Assembly: GCA_012295275.1 (NCBI GenBank)
Contig: CM022678.1
Span: 806,001-870,000, forward strand
Direction of reading: 5' to 3'
DNA: 64,000 bases
Source of the DNA: Chrysomallon squamiferum
Lineage: Eukaryota; Animalia; Mollusca
A program made the position numbers and the translations under genes. Each line of letters begins with the position of its first letter. The first letter of the stretch is position 1. The notes beneath the pieces are model-generated. The model ran no database searches. It had not been told where the DNA came from and was given only the letters and a program-made list of their open reading frames with translations. Below, one piece after another: positions 11,465 to 29,400 of this stretch.

Positions 11465-11803
11465 ACAGTCCAGTACAGAGATGAATGTACAGAGGTTTAA
11501 TGTGTGTTTTTGTATAGAGGTTTAATGTGTTTTTGTCTGAATGTATAGAGGTTTAATGTGTGTTTTGTCTGAGTGTTAGTTAGAGTACAGTACAGAGATG
11601 AACATTAACAAGTAAACACACAGTACAAGTTTTGTTTAAAACGTCGAACTGTGATCTCAGTCAAATGGTCATTAAACTCTCTGTATCTCTGTGTTTTTGT
11701 ATAGAGGTCTGTTTTTGTCTGAGTGTGTGGTAATGTTAGAGTCAGAGATGAATCTCTCTTTTGTCTCTCTCTGTTAGAGTACAGTACAGAGATGAACTCT
11801 CTC

Positions 11804-11845
<42 letters not shown>

Positions 11846-11870
11846 CTCTCTCTCTCTCTCTCTCTCTCTG
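11465..11870 (-). mobile_element. Degenerate copy of a dispersed repeat with internal tandem units and flanking (CT)n; inverted relative to 22020-22610
   Basis: cagtacagagatgaatgtacagaggtttaatgtgtgtttttgt and gatgaacattaacaagtaaacac...gaactgtgatctcagtcaaa are reverse complements of sequence at 22143-22600. Confidence 0.55.
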
Positions 11871-12326
11871 TATCAGTGTACGTGTGTGTGTGTACTTATG
11901 AATGTATGCATGCATGGACGGGAGGGAAGGATAGATAGATGGATGGATGGATGGATGGATGGACGGATGGATCAATGCACATACTTATCTCTGCATGTAT
12001 TTATATGCGTTTTTATATATGTATGTATTATGTATGTTCGTACGAATGTACGTATGTGTGTAATAAGGATTTTTATTATTCTGTCTTATTTACGTCTGTT
12101 TACACTCTATATGTATGTATTGTTTTATTGTTTCAGTGATTCATTCGTCCTAAAATATAAGTGTAATAATATTATCAGAATACAGCGCAACTGATGAAAG
12201 TGATGACGACAATGATTATGTTGATGGTGATGATGATGATGATGATGATGGTGATAATGATGCTGACAATAATGATGGTGGTGGTCATGATGATAAAAAA
12301 ACAGACAAGTAAATTGATTCAGATTT

Positions 12327-12842
12327 TTATTTTGCGACATCAAGAGGACGTTTGACAGGTTTGCTGATGCTGCTGTTGTAGCTGCTGCTGCTTCCAGCCA
12401 AGGGTCGCCTGGCGAGGCAGTGATTGCGTGGACGTGGTGGTTTGTTCTCCTGCGACAGCGTCGTGGTGCTGAGGAAGGCGACGGCTTTGAACATGTCTTT
12501 CTGCGGCTTCGTGATCCTGCTCCTCTTCTCCGCCTGCGCTGTGGCCGTCAGCACGGACCTCACCAGACCCTGTCGCAGTGCGGCGTGCACGTTGCTCTTG
12601 CCTTCGTTGACGTTGTCGCCGCAGGCGTGTTGTTTTCGCCACTGCACGTCTGTCTGGCGCGCGGGACTCGGCGGCTTTTCACAACTGCTTTTTCCTTTCT
12701 GGTTTTTGTACTGCGCGTACAGCGCGAACGTGATAGTGACTAGCAGCAGCGTGATCGCCGTCAGAAACACCATCACAGCAGCTACCACGACATCTGAGAT
12801 CTCTAAGTTTAAAGGTGCTGCCCACTGCAGAAACCAAAGCAT
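12327..12842 (-). CDS. Small single-pass membrane protein S1 (171 aa), unknown family
   Basis: GC-rich ORF in AT-rich flanks; acceptor tttttatag immediately before ATG; TM VVVAAVMVFLTAITLLLVTITFALY followed by basic KNQKGK; candidate upstream donor AAG/GTAAGT at about 13276. Confidence 0.7.
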   Translation of the reverse strand: MLWFLQWAAPLNLEISDVVVAAVMVFLTAITLLLVTITFALYAQYKNQKGKSSCEKPPSPARQTDVQWRKQHACGDNVNEGKSNVHAALRQGLVRSVLTATAQAEKRSRITKPQKDMFKAVAFLSTTTLSQENKPPRPRNHCLARRPLAGSSSSYNSSISKPVKRPLDVAK

Positions 12843-12917
12843 CTATAAAAAAAAGTAATAATAAAAATATAAATAAAATAAAATAAAATAAAACAAAACA
12901 AACAAATAAATAATACA

Positions 12918-12951
<34 letters not shown>

Positions 12952-13344
12952 TTAAATTAAGAAATTTTGTAAATTAGCTTAAAGATGTTCTTTTAAAAGT
13001 AATATTTATCAAATTCCTTCTTCTTTTTTTCTAATTATTAAAAAAATAATAATAATAGTTTTTATTTATAAAAATATTTGTAAAACTAGTAATATGCTAA
13101 GTGTACTGACGTCGTTGAAAATTTTGCACCAGATCAAATAAAGAAGCAACCGTTTGAAGACTAGAATAGTTACGACATCTGTTTCCAGCTTAATCGTCAC
13201 TATTTTCAGATTAAAGAAAATGTCTGAGACATAGAACCAACAACCTCACAGAAATGATGTAACCTGCACACTTACCTTGGGTTTATTTTAACAGAAGAAA
13301 AAAAAACTGAGAGAAAAACAATACTATGGACGAGCTTGAATCAT

Positions 13345-13420
13345 GTTGAATTTGTGTTGTTTAATTATGACGTCACTCAAAATATATGACGTCATACACC
13401 CATAACTTATTATTGTGAAT
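13345..13420 (-). promoter_or_regulatory. Tandem CRE module upstream of S1, homologous to 19345-19425
   Basis: TGACGTCA at 13368 and 13387; flanks tgaatttgtgttgt and ttattgtga shared with the copy at 19.35 kb. Confidence 0.5.
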
Positions 13421-13888
13421 ATAAACTTTACAATATCTATGTTACTACTGCGACTACAACTACTATTACAACACCCTGTATTTCTACAGCATCAATTATT
13501 ACTACAACTGCTACATTACTAATATTAACACTGCTTCTAACAACACAACTGGCGACAACTAAGCAGATATTTACGTTCAGTATATAAATCATTTATTTGT
13601 TATTGCTACAGTGAAAATAATAATAATAATAATAATAAAAAAATACTCCGATTCCGGATCAATAGTCAAAGCTAAGAGTTTCTCAGGCCTGTGTGTTTAT
13701 TAGGACTGGAATCGAGAATGTAGCTACTTTGTAAAGAGACCAACAAAGAAAGCTTAGTAACCACAGACTTTTCATAAATATCCGCACAATTAAAACTCAC
13801 TGGTACAAGTTAGAACTGCGCATACTGAGCTGTACACAGCTTAACTGCGTAAACACCTCCTTGGCAGTTCCACTTATTTATTTATTAC

Positions 13889-13927
<39 letters not shown>

Positions 13928-15299
13928 TTACTTATTTATTTATTTACTTACTTATTTATTATTTATTTATTATTTTTTATTTGTTTGGTTATTTGTTTGT
14001 TTGTGTATTTATTCGCTTATTGTAATATTAATAATTATTATTGTTGTTATTATTAATATATTATCATCATCATTACAGTAGGAGTAGTAGTAGTAGTCGC
14101 AGTAGTTAAAGCAGCAGTAATAACAGAAACAATAGTTACATTATCATTTATTTACACAACATGTTTAATTACAAATAAACAAGAAATCAATCATGTGTGA
14201 AATGTGATATGTAAAAATAATATTTCTATGCGTGCTGCGAGGCGTGAGGGACAAAGGCCACTGACCTTGGCGTATCGATTCGGTGACCAATAACAGATCA
14301 GTATTGATCACAAAGCACGAGCTACTCGCAGCGTGATATCATTGACACACTTTGTACGTGTTGTTCAAGTTTACCTCGAGGTGAGATACTCGATTTTACT
14401 GAACCTCGGTTGTTTTGTGAACTTAACTTACCTGGATTTGTGATATGAAATGTTTGCGTGTATAAAAGTTTATTTGATAAAACGTAAGATATACAGTTCT
14501 CTTGTGAAAGGTAAGTCAAAGTATTTCTTACACACACACACACACATACACACATAGACACACAAAAATACACACACAAAAACACACACACACATATATA
14601 CATAGACACACACAAAAACACACACACACATATATATATAGACACACACACATATACATAGATACACACAAACACACACAAACACATATACACATGATAC
14701 AGGCAAACGCGTATATATGTGTGTGTGTGTGTGTGTATATATACACAAAAACACACACATATATACATACATATACAAATATACGCACAAACACACACAA
14801 AACGCATGTACATAAACACACGGACGCTCAGATACATACACACATCAATCTCTGTTTCTGATTAGTACGTTAATAGCTGCGTCGTTGTTGTTGTTGTTGT
14901 TGTTGTTGTTAAGGTTTCTGTAGATAAGACAGTCTACTTAATACGACAATACTCTCAAAGAAACTTTGAACGTAAACTAATTCAATAACATTCATTAAAA
15001 AGAGAGAGGGAGGGTGAAAACGAAGGGAGGGTGAAGGGGAGGGTGAAAATGAAGGGAGGGTGAAGGGGGAGAGGAAGGGGAGGGAGAGAGAGACCATTGC
15101 AACAAAACAATTACAGCAACAACAATAATAATGATGTTGGCGATGATGATGATAATAATAATATTAATATCATAATTGTTTAATAGATTATTTTTACTGT
15201 TAATATCATTGTGTTGTTGTTGTTGTTGTTGTTGTTGTTGCTGATGCTGTTCATATAGTGAACAAAGTTATTATTATTGTTTATTTAGACTGATTCAAC

Positions 15300-15878
15300 A
15301 TGGATGCTGCGAGTCTTTTCATCATCGTCGGCATCGTTCTTGCCGTCTTCGCCGTCGTGTGCGCCGTCATGATTTACAGAGAAAACAAACGCATCATGGA
15401 TCGGGTCAGGCAGAGGAAGCGAGTTCGTGCGAAATCGCTAAACTCCGGCAGTCTCGCTCTTCAAGGACAAATGAAAAATTTACATAACAGTGACGTCAGC
15501 TCAGGTACACGACAGAAAAAAAGCGAACACAGGAAACACAAAGGGGTTAACAAACCCTCCGAAGTTATCGTTCCTACATTAGCAGCTTCAGCGCCATCTA
15601 CATCCGGAAAAATAGTCGCGAACGATCACCAAGAAAAGGAAATGTTAAAAGTGAAGATAAATTCGTCAAATATTTATGAAACATCTGTGGACAAAAACAA
15701 CAGTAATAAACAAAGCGAGGTTGTCGTAGCTGTTCCGTCAAGTTACGACAGCCAAGACGCCACAAGCAACAAATCCGTCCTTGTTGGTTACGACGAGGAA
15801 ACTTCCACCAACAAACAAAACGATCTCCCGCCAATCCGAGGAGTCCCCCCTGCTCCCGCCAAATACATTTCTCAGTGA
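15300..15878 (+). CDS. Small single-pass membrane protein S2 (192 aa), unknown family
   Basis: ATG 11 nt after acceptor tttag (15288); candidate donor AAG/GTAAGT at 14510; N-terminal TM LFIIVGIVLAVFAVVCAVMIY followed by basic RENKRIMDRVRQRKR and a low-complexity tail. Confidence 0.75.
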   Translation: MDAASLFIIVGIVLAVFAVVCAVMIYRENKRIMDRVRQRKRVRAKSLNSGSLALQGQMKNLHNSDVSSGTRQKKSEHRKHKGVNKPSEVIVPTLAASAPSTSGKIVANDHQEKEMLKVKINSSNIYETSVDKNNSNKQSEVVVAVPSSYDSQDATSNKSVLVGYDEETSTNKQNDLPPIRGVPPAPAKYISQ

Positions 15879-15995
15879 CAGAATGATTTGTGTTATTAAA
15901 TAACTAGTTACATCAGAGGTTCAAATTTTAATTTTAATTTTAATTAGTTAATTTATCTGTTTAGTGTTTGTTTATCTTATGAACTATTTTCTTGA

Positions 15996-16068
<73 letters not shown>

Positions 16069-16563
16069 GTTATTATTATTGTTATTATTATTATTAGATT
16101 CTACTGTTGTCAGCCAACGTGACAACAATATGTAAAAATCAACTGTTAATACTGAGTTTAACTTTTTTATTTTCTTTTTTTTTTTTTTTCTTCTTTCTTT
16201 CTTTTGTTTTAGTTTTTATAACCATATGAATAAAAAAATAATAATAATAAAATAAAATAAAATAATTTTAAAAAAAATTAAAAGTTTAAAAACTACAAAC
16301 AGAAATTGGTTTATTCGCAACACTACAACTACTACGACTATTACTACTACGACTACTGCTACTACTATTGCCACCACTTCAACTTCTACTACCATTATTA
16401 TCACTACTTCAAATACCACTTCTGTTTCTACAGCTATTACTACTTTGACTGCTGCAACTGCTACTACTACTTTTCCATTCAGGTACTGCTACTACTACTA
16501 CTACTACTACTATTACTACTACTACTACTAGTAGAGAACTACTATTACAACTACAATTATAGC

Positions 16564-16615
<52 letters not shown>

Positions 16616-16776
16616 GCCTATTAATCAGTAGTAAATTAGAAAATTTATAACAAGAAAACAGTTTCTTTCTCCAAACTAAGAAATAAAATAAATTTTATAC
16701 AATTGTTTAATCAGTATTATTTTTGTGTTTTTTTTCCAGATGTTATTCTTTTACACAGTCTGATACTATAAACAAA

Positions 16777-16845
<69 letters not shown>

Positions 16846-16857
16846 TAAATTAAAAAA

Positions 16858-16908
<51 letters not shown>

Positions 16909-17094
16909 ACTACCATTTTTGATCATGTCAAATATAAACATTCATAAGAAAAAAACGATATATCAAACTTTTCACTCAACATATTTCGACCCCACAGCCT
17001 ATAGCGATGCAAAAAAAAAAATGACGTAATATGATGACGTGTATGTTTACACATGAAATACTATTTTTAGCGTGTGTTAATGAAATGTTAACGG

Positions 17095-17421
17095 TTAACA
17101 AATGAAATGTTCGTCGCGCGCATTCCTGGTGTCAGCAGACGACTTTTCGAACTGAACAAGACGCTTGACGGTTTTGTCTACAGGTGGTAAGACAGACAAG
17201 TGCGTGCAGACACTAACTTGTCCGTCGTCTGCAGATTCTGTAATGATGATCCTGGGAAGTGCGTCGTGATGCTGGCAACAACGTCGTTTCCTTGACAGCA
17301 GAAACTTGACACATTTTGTGTCTTTACACCAACTGTACACAACAATTATAACAATAAGAATCACCATGGCAACAGACAACAGAATCCATCCAGTTATAGA
17401 CGTCTGAGCAGTAGCATTCAT
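17095..17421 (-). CDS. Small single-pass membrane protein S3 (108 aa; possible MKPE extension from a 15-nt exon at 17701-17715)
   Basis: Acceptor tttcag at 17424 then AG-ATG; NAT sequon; TM WILLSVAMVILIVIIVVYSW; juxtamembrane Cys and basic residues; PRIIIT and RLVQF motifs. The poly-L/I N-terminal part of the track ORF is intronic microsatellite. Confidence 0.7.
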   Translation of the reverse strand: MNATAQTSITGWILLSVAMVILIVIIVVYSWCKDTKCVKFLLSRKRRCCQHHDALPRIIITESADDGQVSVCTHLSVLPPVDKTVKRLVQFEKSSADTRNARDEHFIC

Positions 17422-17427
17422 CTCTGA

Positions 17428-17518
<91 letters not shown>

Positions 17519-17734
17519 GTAATAGTAATAAGAAGAAGAAGAAGAAGAAGAAGAAGGAGAAGGAGAAGGAGAAGAAGGAGAAGGAGAAGAAGAAGAAGAA
17601 GAAGAAGAAGAATTGTTATTTGACTACAAGTGTTTGAAATAGTTAATAGACACTTCACTTGTATGCAGTTTATCAAAACATTTTACAGATGTTTTAAAAC
17701 CTGGCTTCATCTTGGCTACGTGTAAAGATAATAA

Positions 17735-18056
17735 CATCAAACTGTGATAACATCAAAACTGTGATAATATCAAAACTGTGATAATATCAAAACTGTGATA
17801 ATATCAAAAATGTGATAACATTAAAACTGTGATAATATCAAAACTGTGGTAATATCAAAACTGTAATAATATGAAAACTGTGGTAATATGAGAACTGTGA
17901 TATTATGAAAACTGAGATAATATGAGAACTGATATTATGAAAACTGTGATAATATGAGAACTGTGGTCATATGAGAACTGTGATAATATGAGAACTGTGA
18001 TATGAAAACTGATAATATGAGAACTGATATTATGAAAACTGTTATAATATGAGAAC
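17735..18056. repeat. About 17-bp minisatellite in the 5' intron region of S3
   Basis: Repeated aaactgtgataatatca / gaactgtgataatatga. Confidence 0.85.
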
Positions 18057-18177
18057 TGGATGAATCGACACGTACGACAACAGAGTTCTGAATATGTCGT
18101 TATATTTCTATACACTTTTATTTAAAAACATTTTACGTTTGTTTATTGTACTAGTAAGATGTAGTATAATGTATCGA

Positions 18178-18594
18178 CACGTGACTCAAAGTAACTGTTA
18201 CTATGTTACTAACACAAACGGAAGTATACTGTATCGTGACTCAAAGTAACTGTTACTATATTACTAACAAAACGGTAACTGACTCAAAGTAACTGTTACT
18301 ATGTTACTAACACAAACGGAAGTATACTGTATCGTGACTCAAAGTAACTGTTACTATGTTACTAACACAAACGGTAGTATAATGTATCGTGACTCAAAGT
18401 AACTGTTACTATGTTACTAACACAAACGGTAGTATAATGTATCGTGACTCAAAGTAACTGTTACTATGTTACTAACACAAACGGTAGTATACTGTATCGT
18501 GACTCAAAGTAACTGTTACTATGTTACTAACACAAACGGTAGTATACTGTATCGTGACTCAAAGTAACTGTTACTTTGTTACTATGTTACTAAC
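18178..18594. repeat. 55-bp minisatellite (about 7 copies) ending at a minus-strand GAG/GTTAGT donor-like site (18594)
   Basis: Unit gtgactcaaagtaactgttactatgttactaacacaaacggtagtatactgtatc; each unit contains GTTAGT on the minus strand. Confidence 0.85.
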
Positions 18595-19344
18595 CTCATC
18601 TGACTGGCTACGGGTTCTTGACGTGGTTTTAATAAAACTCAGTCTGTCCGCTTCAAGCCGGGTTTCGTGCACTTTAATGTTTTCTTTCTGTATCCACATA
18701 CACGTGAAAGTCTTCTCTTCTTTCTTTCTCTATTTTTTGTATCTGTATTCTTTTAAAACTGGGCTAGGTCCACCAAGAACGTTCTGTATCCCACGTACAA
18801 ACGAGTTTTAATCGCTGTAAAAGTTTTGTCTCAGTTTCCACATATAAATGTTTATTTTGCTGTTGCTGTTGTTGTTGTTGTTGTTTTGTACGTCGTTTGA
18901 CAGTTTCTGACCGTGTAGAAAATATTACTTTACCTGAACGACGAGTTAATGAAGACTGGACACGAGCTAATTACAGTCACACTGACCACTGAAAACAGTC
19001 AAACAGCTTCAGTCCGCTTTTCATTCATTAATCCCTTTGTTACTACGTAATAATCTTTATTCCGTTAATCACATAACTTTTAATCCACGTGAAACATTAG
19101 TGTTCAGTAACCTACCAACTTTTGTAATCTACTCGCGAAAAAAAATGTTGTGTTTATTTAAACTTAGTAAAGTTTAACTTACAATTGATTCAATAGGCTA
19201 ATCAGTTTCGGAGCTAAATGTAGATTTGCAGTAGTAGTAGTAGTAGTAGTAGTAGTAGCAGCAGCAGTAGTAGTAGTAGTAGTAGTAGTAGCAGTAGTAG
19301 CAGTAGTAGTAGTAGTAGTATTGTTGTTGTTATTGTTCTCGTAC

Positions 19345-19425
19345 TGTTGCTGAATTTGTGTTGTATATTATGACGTCCCTGAAGATATATGACGTCATAC
19401 ATCCACTTCCTGTTATTGTGACTGT
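19345..19425 (-). promoter_or_regulatory. Second copy of the tandem CRE module, candidate promoter of S3
   Basis: TGACGTCC at 19371 and TGACGTCA at 19390, with the same 19-bp spacing and flanks as 13368/13387. Confidence 0.45.
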
Positions 19426-20160
19426 AATCACCGAAAACAACAACTGCATCAGCAGTGTTAATACAGTATTTCTCTTACTACTGCCACTACAACTACTACT
19501 ACAACATCAATCCACAACAACTATTTCTACAGCTTGAACTATTACTACAGTTCTACTGCTGCTACAACTGCAACACTGCTACTATTAATACTATTTCTAC
19601 CGAGACGACTACAACGTCATCTACCACAGCCACATTACATCTACGACCACGATTACTGTCAGTATTATTTATCTTACTAGCTTTACCACTGATACTAATC
19701 GAGAACGCCAACTACCACTACCGCTTCCAACAAATACTACAATAACAACTAAATAAACAATGAAAGAAAGAAAGAAATAATCAAGTAAATAAATAAATAA
19801 AACTTTAAAAAGATTACAGTGGGTTTATTTATTTATTTATTTATTTTAGAAAACAATAACAACAACAAATAAAAAATAAAAACAGAACAACATTAATACA
19901 AAGTAAATTTATTATTGTACTCTGACTAAACATTTTTGTTGTTAGTATTTATAAGTTCTAATGTATTTACGTGTTTCTGCAGTGTAATTAAGAATGTAAG
20001 AGTATAATTCTGTTTTATAGGAGTGCTAATCTACAGCATGGAAGTATCCAGATGTATACGTCTCATTTGCTTTACTTTTTTTTTTTTTTTCGTTCGCGCG
20101 ATTTAAAATGGCCCCTTTATATGTCACGTGACTGGTCAAACTTGCAGGTCACATCATTGA

Positions 20161-24507
<4,347 letters not shown>

Positions 24508-25155
24508 TGTTTGAGTAATAAAGCTAACAAAACAGCGAGCGAGTCTGGTGTTTGAGATGTTTTGTAAATTAAAAACGTTTCAGCTGCTTTCGACGTTTGA
24601 CCCGCGCTGTGTCAGCAAGTACGGCTCGCTGCAGAACGTGAATAGCAGTGACCTTTGACCTTTGACCTTGAACAGTGCATACACACGTCTGACTAGAATC
24701 TCGACCGTTGATATTTGTGTTATTGCTGTTGTTGTTTTTGTTATTGTTGTTGATTTTGTTATTATTATTATTATTGTTGTTGTTATTGTTGTTGTTGTTG
24801 TTGTTGTTGTTGTTATTGTTATAGTTACTGTAATTATTGTTGTTGTTGTTATTATTGTTATAGTTACTGTAATTATTGTTGTTATTATTGTTGTTGTTGT
24901 TGTTGTTGCTGCTGCTGCTGTGATTTTTATTTTATTGTTAGTGTAATTATTGTTGTTGCTATTCTTCTTATTCGTCTTATTACTGTAGTGGTAGAAGTAG
25001 TTGTTGTTGTTGTATGTTGATTTTCATTATTTCCTTGTAAACGGCAGTGATATGATATTTTTTGAATTTCTGTCACTGTTGCAGAATACATATTAAATAG
25101 CCATACTATAATTACTTTTCAAAGTCGTTTTATTACATACATACATATACATACA

Positions 25156-25202
<47 letters not shown>

Positions 25203-25478
25203 GAATAAATAAATAAATAAATAAATAAAAGTATGTAAGGTCAGACAATGAATCTGTAAGATTTCTTTCTTCAAGCCAACTCATCAAATGTTGGACAGTG
25301 CACTTAACATTTTTATCAACAAAACTATATTTATATCCATGTCACGTGATAGCACGTTAACCTTTGGTTTTCGAAAGATAAAAATATACAGCCTCCCTCT
25401 TTTTCTAAGATAAATGAATAAATACTTAAGGATATTTGAATGTTGTGCATTGTAAAGGAAATTAATTCTAGCTAAAGA

Positions 25479-26212
25479 ATGTTACTTTTACTTATAGAAC
25501 ATTTGCTGCTAGCTCTGCTTGTTACAATTTTTGTTAGTATTTACGTCAGGAAGGGGCGAGATGAACTTTTCAGAGTTTTCATCGTTGGGATAAAATTTCT
25601 GCCAGGGGTGGACGATTTGATCCAGAGCGTTCTGCACAACGAAGCGAGTAATTTTATAAAGCAGGTGAAAATCGGGGACGGAAAAGAAAAACCACCCAGA
25701 GTAACACTGCCTAAAGAAGGTAAGACGCAGTATAGTGACAGCAAAAAAGTTATGGTTGTTGTGTGTTTTATATACGAGGCGGTGTCCGTGTTCTCACGTC
25801 CTACAATCTGCCGGGGTCCGAGCATGTGCAGTAATAATAACAATCAGAAGAAGAAGAAGAAGAAACAAATAAATAATAAAAATAAAGAAAGTATCCATAA
25901 AATTGAGTACATTTATTTCTTATAAGTACCAAAAAATCCATAAAAGTTTACTGAAGTTTTATGTGGAAGCCATGTTAGAATCAACACAGATAAAAAGAGA
26001 CAACACTGACTGCAGTGTACTCTTTATTTCCTATTAGCATGAAGGAATCTTTAATACACTCCTTCCCACTACCAGCAAATTAGCCATAACAGTGAAAACA
26101 TTGAAGAGAATTCTTCTTGTCATATATCACAATCACCAGAAATGTAAAATGTTTTAAACTATGTCTTCAAAAGCAATTTTTAAAATTCATTTTAATTTTC
26201 TTCTTCTTTTTC

Positions 26213-26260
<48 letters not shown>

Positions 26261-26434
26261 CATTATTATTATTACCTCTACAAGTACTACTACTACAACT
26301 ACTACAACTACTACTACTACTGTTATCTCATTCTTTTTTCTTTTTTGTTATTGTTGCTGCTGTTGCTGTTTCTAGTAGTATTAACACTACTATTACTGTT
26401 ACCTTTTTTAACTTCTATTATTATTATTATTATA

Positions 26435-26475
<41 letters not shown>

Positions 26476-29400
26476 CTTGTTATTATGCTGTCACGATATT
26501 ATTATTATTGTTGTTGATGATAAAGTTTAATTTACAGGTATTCCGCATGACAAACTGCGAGAGGAGCTTGTGGCACTTAAAGGTAAAGAGGTGGACCACA
26601 ATGAGGGGAAAATCTTCGCCTACATCTACACCGTGGACGATGACCACTACAAACTGCAGTCAGAAATCTTTGACAAGTTTGAAGGTTTTATTTTTTATTT
26701 TATAGATTTTTATTTTAACATACTTCGTTTCTGCTGTGTTTTGAATAGATAACAAATTGTCTCACCAATGGAATAATTATTACATGGACAATTATAGATG
26801 TGAGCAATTACATATGTAAATATTTAGTTTTTAAAAATAATTACTGTTACAAATTATATTGCACTCCTATTGAGATGTGCATTTATTATGCAAATATATG
26901 CAAATTAGCTGTAATGTGTTTCAGAAAGTGTGGGGTACTCGGCAGACCATGACGCTCTCGTGACAGAGTTTCACAAAGCATTCCTCCACGAAAACGCTCT
27001 AAACCCAATGATATTCCCTAGCCTCAGGTACAGCATTTATTTAATATTCTTTAGTCAACATGTATCATTTAATTAATATTCTTTACTCAACATGTATCAT
27101 TTAATTAATATTCTTTAGTCAACATTTATTTAATATTCTTTAGTCAAATTATACAATTTATTTAATATTCTTTAGTCAACATTTATTTAATATTCTTTAG
27201 TCAACATATACAATTTGTTTAATATTCTTTAGTCAACATATACAATTTATCTAATATTCTTTAGTCAACATTTATTTAATATTCTTTAGTTAACATATAC
27301 AATTTGTTTAATATTCTTTAGTCAACATATACAATTTATCTAATATTCTTTAGTCAACATTTATTTAATATTCTTTAGTCAACATATACAATTTGTTTAA
27401 TATTCTTTAGTCAACATATACAATTTATCTAATATTCTTTAGTCAACATGTATTTAATATTCTTTAGTCAACATATACAATTTGTTTAATATTCTTTAGT
27501 CAACATATACAATTTATCTAATATTCTTTAGTCAACATGTATTTAATATTCTTTAGTCAACATGCATCATTTATTTAATAATCTTAGGTTAAAAACATAT
27601 CATTTAATAAAAAATAAACTTTTATCATTTATTTAATATTTATTAGTTAACATATGTCATTTATTTAATATTCTTTAGTCAACAGATATAATTTATTTAA
27701 TAATCTTAGGTTAAAAACATATCATTTAATAAAAAAAAATAAACTTTTATCATTTATTTAATATTCTTTAATTAACATATACAATTTATTTAATAATCTT
27801 TGGAGAAAATAATTATATGATTTATTTAATAGGCTTTGGTAAACATTTTATTAGTTAAGCATATGTAATTTATTTAATGATGTTAGGTAAGTATGTTTGT
27901 ATTACTTAAAAGTAAAACTGGTTTTATTTTTGTCTCATTAGTTTCCTGTTCTAACCATTGATTATATTTACAGGTTTGATCCTCGTTTCAAACTACTCAT
28001 TCAGCTGTGTTTTTACCATTCTAACCAGTGCTACATAACAAAATCAAGTTAAATGTTTGATTTAATTGGGTTTTTTTCTGTTACCATCATCATCAGTTTT
28101 GTCATCATTATTATTATCATACATGTTACTATCATCATTACAGTGATATCTATTATTATCATACATGTTACTATCATCATTACAGTGATATCTATTATTA
28201 TCACACATGTTACTATCATCATTACAGTGATATATCATCATTACAGTATATATTTATTATCACACCTGTTACTATCATCATTACAGTGATATCTATTATT
28301 ATCACACATGTTACTATCATCATTACAGTGATATATATTATTATCACACATGTTACTATCATCATTACAGTGATATCTATTATTATCACACATGTTACTA
28401 TCATCATTACAGTGATATATATTATTATCACACATGTTACTATCATCATTACAGTGATATCTATTATTATCATACATGTTACTATCATCATTACAGTGAT
28501 ATTATTATTATCATACATGTTACTATCATCATTACAGTGATATCTATTATTATCACACGTTACTATCATCATTACAGTGATATATATTATTATCATACAT
28601 GTTACTATCATCATTACAGTGATATCTATTATTATCACACATGTTACTATCATCATTACAGTGATATTATTATTATCATACATGTTACTATCATCATTAC
28701 AGTGATATTATTATTATCACACATGTTACTATTATCTTTACAGTAATATCTGTTATTACCACTGTCCCTAAAGTAATATGACTGTTGTCACTGTTGTTGT
28801 TACCAGGAAGATGGAGACGGAGACAGTGAGCATGACGGCCGCGATGTTGCACGGTGGTGAGGACGCTGTTGGGTTTCTGACGTCGGGGGGCACAGAGAGT
28901 ATTCTGATGGCTGTGAAAACCTTCAGAGATCGAGCGAGAAAGCTCTACCCTCACATCAAACACCCTGAAATAGTGAGTCACCCTTCTGTAGTCCACACAT
29001 AGTCACCCTTCTGTAGTCCACAAATAGTCACCCTTTTGTAGTCCACAAATAGTCACCCTTCTGTAGTCCACAGATCAGTCACCCTTCTGTAACTCATATA
29101 TCATAAGAATGTTACTCATAAATAGTCATACAAATGTTTAATAATATTTATTTACAAGTTTGTGCTATTATTGGGGTTTTTTACTTGTTTTAATTGTGTT
29201 ATTATGAATGTGTGCAAAAAAAATATAACTAAGAACAAAATAAAGGCATAATAATAATGCTACTACTACTATTAATAATAATAAAAGTAACAATAATGAT
29301 ATTAACAACAACAACAATAACAGTAAGAAAAAACCAATAAAACAGTAATAAAAGTAACACGGTAAAAACTTGTTAACTCAGTAACTCAGTAAAAACTTGT

